A DNA stretch of 64,000 nt from Octopus sinensis. Taxonomy: Eukaryota. The stretch is taken from assembly GCF_006345805.1 (NCBI RefSeq), contig NC_042998.1, positions 22,754,001 through 22,818,000 of the forward strand, read 5' to 3'. A program made the translations under genes and the position numbers. Under the pieces are notes generated by a model. The model ran no database searches. It was given only the letters and a program-made list of their open reading frames with translations, and had not been told where the DNA came from. Numbering within the stretch: the stretch's first letter is position 1; each line of letters starts with the position of its first letter. Positions 63,627 to 64,000 of this stretch are shown piece by piece.

Positions 63627-64000
63627 TATGATTGCATGATGGTATGGCATGACAGGAAGCTTTCAGTCCAGTAGGTTAAAATTAATGAAGCTTATACCAA
63701 GCAGCTTAGCTAGGAGGTTCTCATACCAGACGCAGTCAAAATTATTTTGATCCGTTTGATTGGTCTCTGTTTGCTTGATTTATCAGCATCAACTTCATCA
63801 GAACTGCTGTTTGCCTTGTAATGGAAGTTTCTCAAGCAAACACCCTTAGAAATCATTGTTGCAAACTTCACTTTACTGGTATACCGTATTTCTAATTCTA
63901 ATTTTTGAGCAAGTCATGAATTGCTGTGTGAGGGTGACTTCACTAATGAAGCCTAATGCTTAGTAACTGGAAATCAGGTATTTAGTTGGAGTCGAAAAAT

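Overview
AT-rich, microsatellite-saturated animal DNA whose SINE/LINE repertoire points to an octopus genome (inference). One near-complete host CDS: a 3-finger C2H2 zinc-finger protein at 1396-2694 (+). Three orphan candidate exons lie at 45896-46019 (-), 54956-55050 (+) and 59973-60133 (+). The rest is transposon-derived: at least five tRNA-headed SINE families (three form tandem multimers), 3' ends of RTE and CR1/Jockey-group LINEs, a degraded Penelope-like element with a GIY-YIG domain, two mariners, a deleted piggyBac, a Tc2/pogo-like MITE, Helitrons, HINE/DINE-1-like elements and foldback elements. The most notable signal is a set of about a dozen type-I hammerhead ribozyme motifs in at least seven unrelated non-coding repeat families, whose stem III is (or reconstructs to) a self-complementary palindrome. 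They include a fully intact ribozyme (57444-57516, -) inside a 404-bp unit bounded by a perfect 70-bp direct repeat (retrozyme-like), and a tRNA-headed SINE whose tail carries a minimal hammerhead (32064-32557). All calls were made by eye; no searches or folding were run.
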